Assembly (NCBI RefSeq): GCF_001949145.1
Contig: NW_019091361.1
Location: 3,706,148 to 3,770,147, forward strand
DNA: 64,000 bases
From: Acanthaster planci
Taxonomy: Eukaryota
Direction: 5' to 3'
Each line of letters begins with the position of its first letter. Position 1 is the stretch's first letter. Both the position numbers and the translations under genes were made by a program. A model generated the notes under the pieces. It had not been told where the DNA came from, made no database searches, and saw only the letters and a list, made by a program, of their open reading frames with translations. Below are positions 59,388-64,000 of the stretch, in pieces.

Positions 59388-62300
59388 TGTCCTCTAGGAT
59401 GTTATCAAGGCAGCTTTCGGCACTGATTTAGTCTTAAGTCTGACAATGACTGCTCCGGCTCGATGTCTTTTGCAAACTGTACATCAGTGATACATTTGCG
59501 TACTAAATAAATCCTTGCTAACCCTGATAATTACTCAACTGTGGCAGAAAGTCGTTTCGTTTTATCATGGCACCCGCGCATTTTGTTAGATTCCGGAACT
59601 GATTTGACGTCGTACAAAAGCAAAACAGACCATAAAACCCATGCACATTAACTTTTATTCATCGCCGGAGTTAGTAGACACATAGCTGTATTACCCTGCT
59701 ATTCCGTTAGCTATTATTTTGAAGTGTGGCGGACAGCGTGGGAAGGCTCTGTGTAGTCTGGGTGAAATCTGTATTTTTGTTTTTCTAAAAAAAAAAACAA
59801 CGTTCGTGCGGCATTCCACTGGATGGTTCATGTTTTAATGTCGAAGGAAAATTTGAAAGAGGTGGATTTGTAACATATATACACCTACCTCAAATAGTGC
59901 TAACGCTCTCCTAATAAATCAAAGTTCTCATCCTAAGCACAATCACAATATTGGTGGCGCTATATTCCTGAACTCACATGTGATGCAGCCACTGGGGATT
60001 TTCGGGCAACGATTTATTCAAGTGACATAGGGAGCTTTGGGGAATTTTTTTCAGGTCTTGTATGAAACAAAGTGATTAATGATTCCACATTTATTTGATG
60101 GAGAAGATAATTTCATTCGGTGATTTATGGAAATATTTCAGAATACTTTTAAAACGATTTTTTGTTAAGTGCTGGAGCATTGTCGCAAATTTTCAGTTGC
60201 AGAACGTCCCCATTTTGAAGCGTGCCATTAACACACTTTCCCCAACATAGACCCATTCTACTCTCACTCTCATATTTTTCGGTTCATTATTTTACTTTCA
60301 GACGCCTGGCGACCAAGACCCCCCATTTTCTTTGACTTTTCTCTTGTATAAAGGGTTATGTTTGCCTATTGCAACATTTAATTTCGTCCCTGTTCAAGTT
60401 GATTACAAAATTTGGCTACAAAAACACTAGTAAGATAACACATATTTTCAGTAACAGGTTTTTGCCCTTACACCAACGTACAACACTAGATACACATGAG
60501 TGTTCGTCATTATCATCAATTATCACTGTCCAGATTTTGCATGCCTGTCCTGACACTGCGTCGACGCCAGCATCCGGATAAATATCACTTTGTTATGTTT
60601 TCAGGCCCTTTGTACTTCGCGATTCTATGCCCTCTTGTCTAGGGGGTCTTTTCCAAATATTGCAAGGTTCATGCACTGTTCCCAGTAGTGGGAATAGTGC
60701 ATGTAACTTCTTTACAAGAACTGTAGCGGTAACTTCTGTGTATGCTGATTTCGAACAGCCGTCACAAAATCGATTAGCATGGAAACCTTTCATCCTCACA
60801 CGAAACCATTACAACTCTGAGCACGCAATGGGAAATCATTCAGGCATGGTACGGCATATAGGAAACCCACAGTGAATGTCTCCAGGAAAAACAATTTTTT
60901 TTTTGGCTTTGACGGTCGAGCCAACACAACTTTATGTACTTCACTTCAGAGTGCGGAGGCCGTGACCGCAACAACTCACGCGGATATCCTAGTGCAAACT
61001 GCACAAAATTTTAAGAGACGCATTCTCGATCTCGTGCACTTTGCTTGCGGAATCCAAGAGGAAGATATCGACATGGGTACATCGGTGTTTGGACCAGGCT
61101 TATGGATTTTCATTTGTCGGCAATATTCGTGTCCACTGACGTAGCAAGTTTGCCCTCGCCTCTGCGTGGTCACCATTTTGTTTTCGGTAAGACATCTTTA
61201 CTATCAAACCCATACCAGCAAACAGGTGAATACGTACGTGACATTAACGAAATGGACTTTGTGCTTGCGCATTATGACCTCTTTGAAGTTCGTCGACAGA
61301 AGCGCAGAGAGTTTGAAATTCTCCATGCTTATGTTTCTTAGTTCGGGAGCAGTTTTACAGAGACCATTTTCCGTGAGAGAGTAGCCAAACAGCAACAACA
61401 TATTTAACGGAAAACAAGCAATAAACAAAAACCACCTTGTAGAAATCGCCAACCACACTGAAAAAGCCTTCTTGAATCACGATCGTTACTTGGAAACCTA
61501 AGAGGACCCGTATCATGTAACGAGCTGAAACACATAAACCTGTTAAAACCAGGACCTCACTATGACTAGAGGTCAGGAACAAGTACTAGGTCCTCGTGGT
61601 ATTCATTTGATCAACATGTAATTTTTCTTTGGCCGCCCTGTGTCCTGCGGGACGCCCGAAATATAACTCGTAAGACAGTGGTGCACACAATCTGTGCAGG
61701 GACTGAGGGGATAAAAGATAAACTTAAATACAAGAATCACCCAGCAGTGCCAAATTCGAAAAGCGGAGGGGGAGGGGTTACTGGACACCGCACCAGACTA
61801 AGGGCGCTGTTCAAGATGCAGATGTGAATCTTACGTATACCCTTTGCTCTATGCGTATACTTACATCCCTTTATTGCGTAACATCAAAACGGTGTTCAGC
61901 ACTACTAATAAATTTGGGTTTGGGGGATTTTCCAAAAAACCTCAAGATCTGCATTTTTTTCTCATCAAGAAATTTGGGAGTTGATCAAAGAGACCACCCC
62001 ACGGTCACAGAAGGGGGCTATAGTACACCCCCATCCTCGGGATTCACACCCCTCACGTAAAATGATCCAAAAGTTTTAGTTTTGTTAACATTATTTAGAC
62101 ATTAAAATTGCCGAATCATTGATATGAATACCTACATGGGATACATTCGGCTGGTTTCAGATTACTGTACACTTGTTTTCAATGAAAATCTTTCCAAAGA
62201 GCAGTTGCATAAATCAGAAAGTACATTGTACTCAGAGAAGGGTGTGTCGCTTCATCTTTGAAAAGGATTACCGGCATACTAGAGTTATGGCGATGCCTTA

Positions 62301-62473
62301 ACCGTGAATGAACATGGAACCCTTGAGAAACGAAGTAAACAAGTATGTAGAGATTTTCTGTTTCGATCCAGTTCCATCAAATGTATAAAGATTGTTTACC
62401 ACCGGAAAGAAGCGTTCTTCTTCAGAAGAAGGCACAGCGAGAATGTCGCGCAAAAGGTTTCGGTGACAGATCG

Positions 62474-62523
62474 GTGCATAGTCGATGTCTTAAATACTGT
62501 GCATAGTCGATGTCTTAAATACT
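62474..62523. repeat. Perfect 25-bp tandem duplication GTGCATAGTCGATGTCTTAAATACT x2
   Basis: Directly visible. Confidence 0.9.
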
Positions 62524-64000
62524 TTGTAACAAATGTTTAACTGTGATCTCACTCGTCAGTAGGTTTTCTTTAATATTTTCACATTTTTAAAATGTGATGT
62601 TGATTTTTAGTGTTCATTTAGCTTAGTTATTTTATATTATGTCCATATGTCGATATTTAATGTAACGATTCATTCGGTAAAGTTGCTTGAGGGATCTTAG
62701 TTATATTTTTTTTTATGTCAACGTGCCATTCAGTTTTTTTTCTAAATACTTCTAAATAAATGTATTTCTAAATAAACTATTTTGAATTGAATGAATTTTT
62801 ATAAAGTGAACAACCGTGGCAACATTTTCCCAAGAGTAGGAAAACATACTCTGTAGTCAAGAAGCGTGAACATGCGTGGGCGATGAATGTTACGGGTGCG
62901 CATGTGCATATGACATTAAGAGCAAAGCTGCTCGTACAGAACCCACAGCTTCGTTTTCAGCCATTGTGAATTACCTTTGGTAGTGAGTAACAAAATACAC
63001 GAGCCCGAGGCTTTGGAGAATGAAATCCATTCCCACGACATTAAACTGGTTAATGTACTTCCTTGTGTTTTGTGTTTTACTGAATTCATCGGCACAGAAA
63101 CTACAAAGTGGCTATGTGATCGCTGATAAATGTATTTGCGTATTGTGACGCCCGCAGGTGAAGTGTTTACTCCCGGGTGGGATCGGTCTCTTCTATTTCT
63201 AAGGGTTGCGTGTTTTTACCGATGGCGTCAAGCGCTGCGGCTGCACTGTAGGCCATAATACCCATGATCCATTGTCACACATAACGGTGAACTGTTGCGG
63301 TGAATTTCTGGTCTTCAGTGTACGTGTGATATTTGCCCACTTCCAACAAATCAGACGCATCATGATTAACTCCCAGAATTCAACCCCTCATAGGAAACTA
63401 CTCCCTCAAAATATGATTAAAGTTACTTCACCATGGTAGTGGAAAACCATTATATCTGAATGGTGCAATACAATTCATCCCAGTGATACAAGAACTACAG
63501 TTATATAATCCCTATGAGAGTATTATAGCTCACAGTCAGTACCCACAGCTCTAAGTTGTAAACGAGGTAATTAAGTAATTCGCAATAAACATGCTGCGCA
63601 CACCGCGTTGGGCGTCACAGTACTACCCCAAAGTGGTAAATTTAAAGTTGTAAGAGTATCTTTCAAGACATCTATTTTCAGTCCTTTGAACTGTTCGTAA
63701 ACAACGAGATACACTCTTTTAAACTTCATTTTAAAGCACACTTTCAATAGTTATCAACGTGTTGTGCAAGACTCAAATAAGGCGTAAATAGAAGAAAAAT
63801 AAGGGTTATTCAAATTGTTTTGCTAGATTTGAAACTATTTTTTTTTTTCAATCTTTTCATTTGTTTAAAAATTAAAGTTGTTTGGGATAACTTGTTAAAC
63901 TTTCCACCTTCTTGGGGACACGATCATGTCTGTATTTAAAGGCCTGTTTATATTTTACGCGAATGCAAAATCGCAGCCGGATTTGGGCTCTCCGATTTAA

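Overview
Intron-rich animal genomic DNA from a draft assembly, with N gaps at 11902-12051, 24394-24993 and 33868-34060. The repeat content and gene set suggest a marine invertebrate (inference). Four protein-coding genes can be reconstructed by hand from GT-AG splice sites with consistent phase. (1) A divergent gamma-glutamyltranspeptidase on + (at least 10 exons, 4234-28449; start exon not found). (2) Mitochondrial dimethylglycine dehydrogenase DMGDH on - (16 coding exons, 30395-44773). (3) Betaine-homocysteine S-methyltransferase BHMT on + (8 exons, 48885-57640), head-to-head with DMGDH. (4) A 277-aa sulfotransferase-fold protein on - with no intron in its CDS (58554-59387), tail-to-tail with BHMT. 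DMGDH and BHMT catalyse consecutive steps of glycine-betaine catabolism and have the same divergent linkage as in vertebrates, so the window looks like an ancient betaine/methyl-sulfur metabolic gene neighbourhood. The orphan sulfotransferase-like gene and the atypical GGT are candidate extra members. Introns and intergenic DNA carry a decayed near full-length RTE LINE, L2/CR1-type LINE remnants, tRNA-derived SINE-like repeats, several non-autonomous DNA elements (hAT-like, piggyBac-like, palindromic) and tandem duplications.
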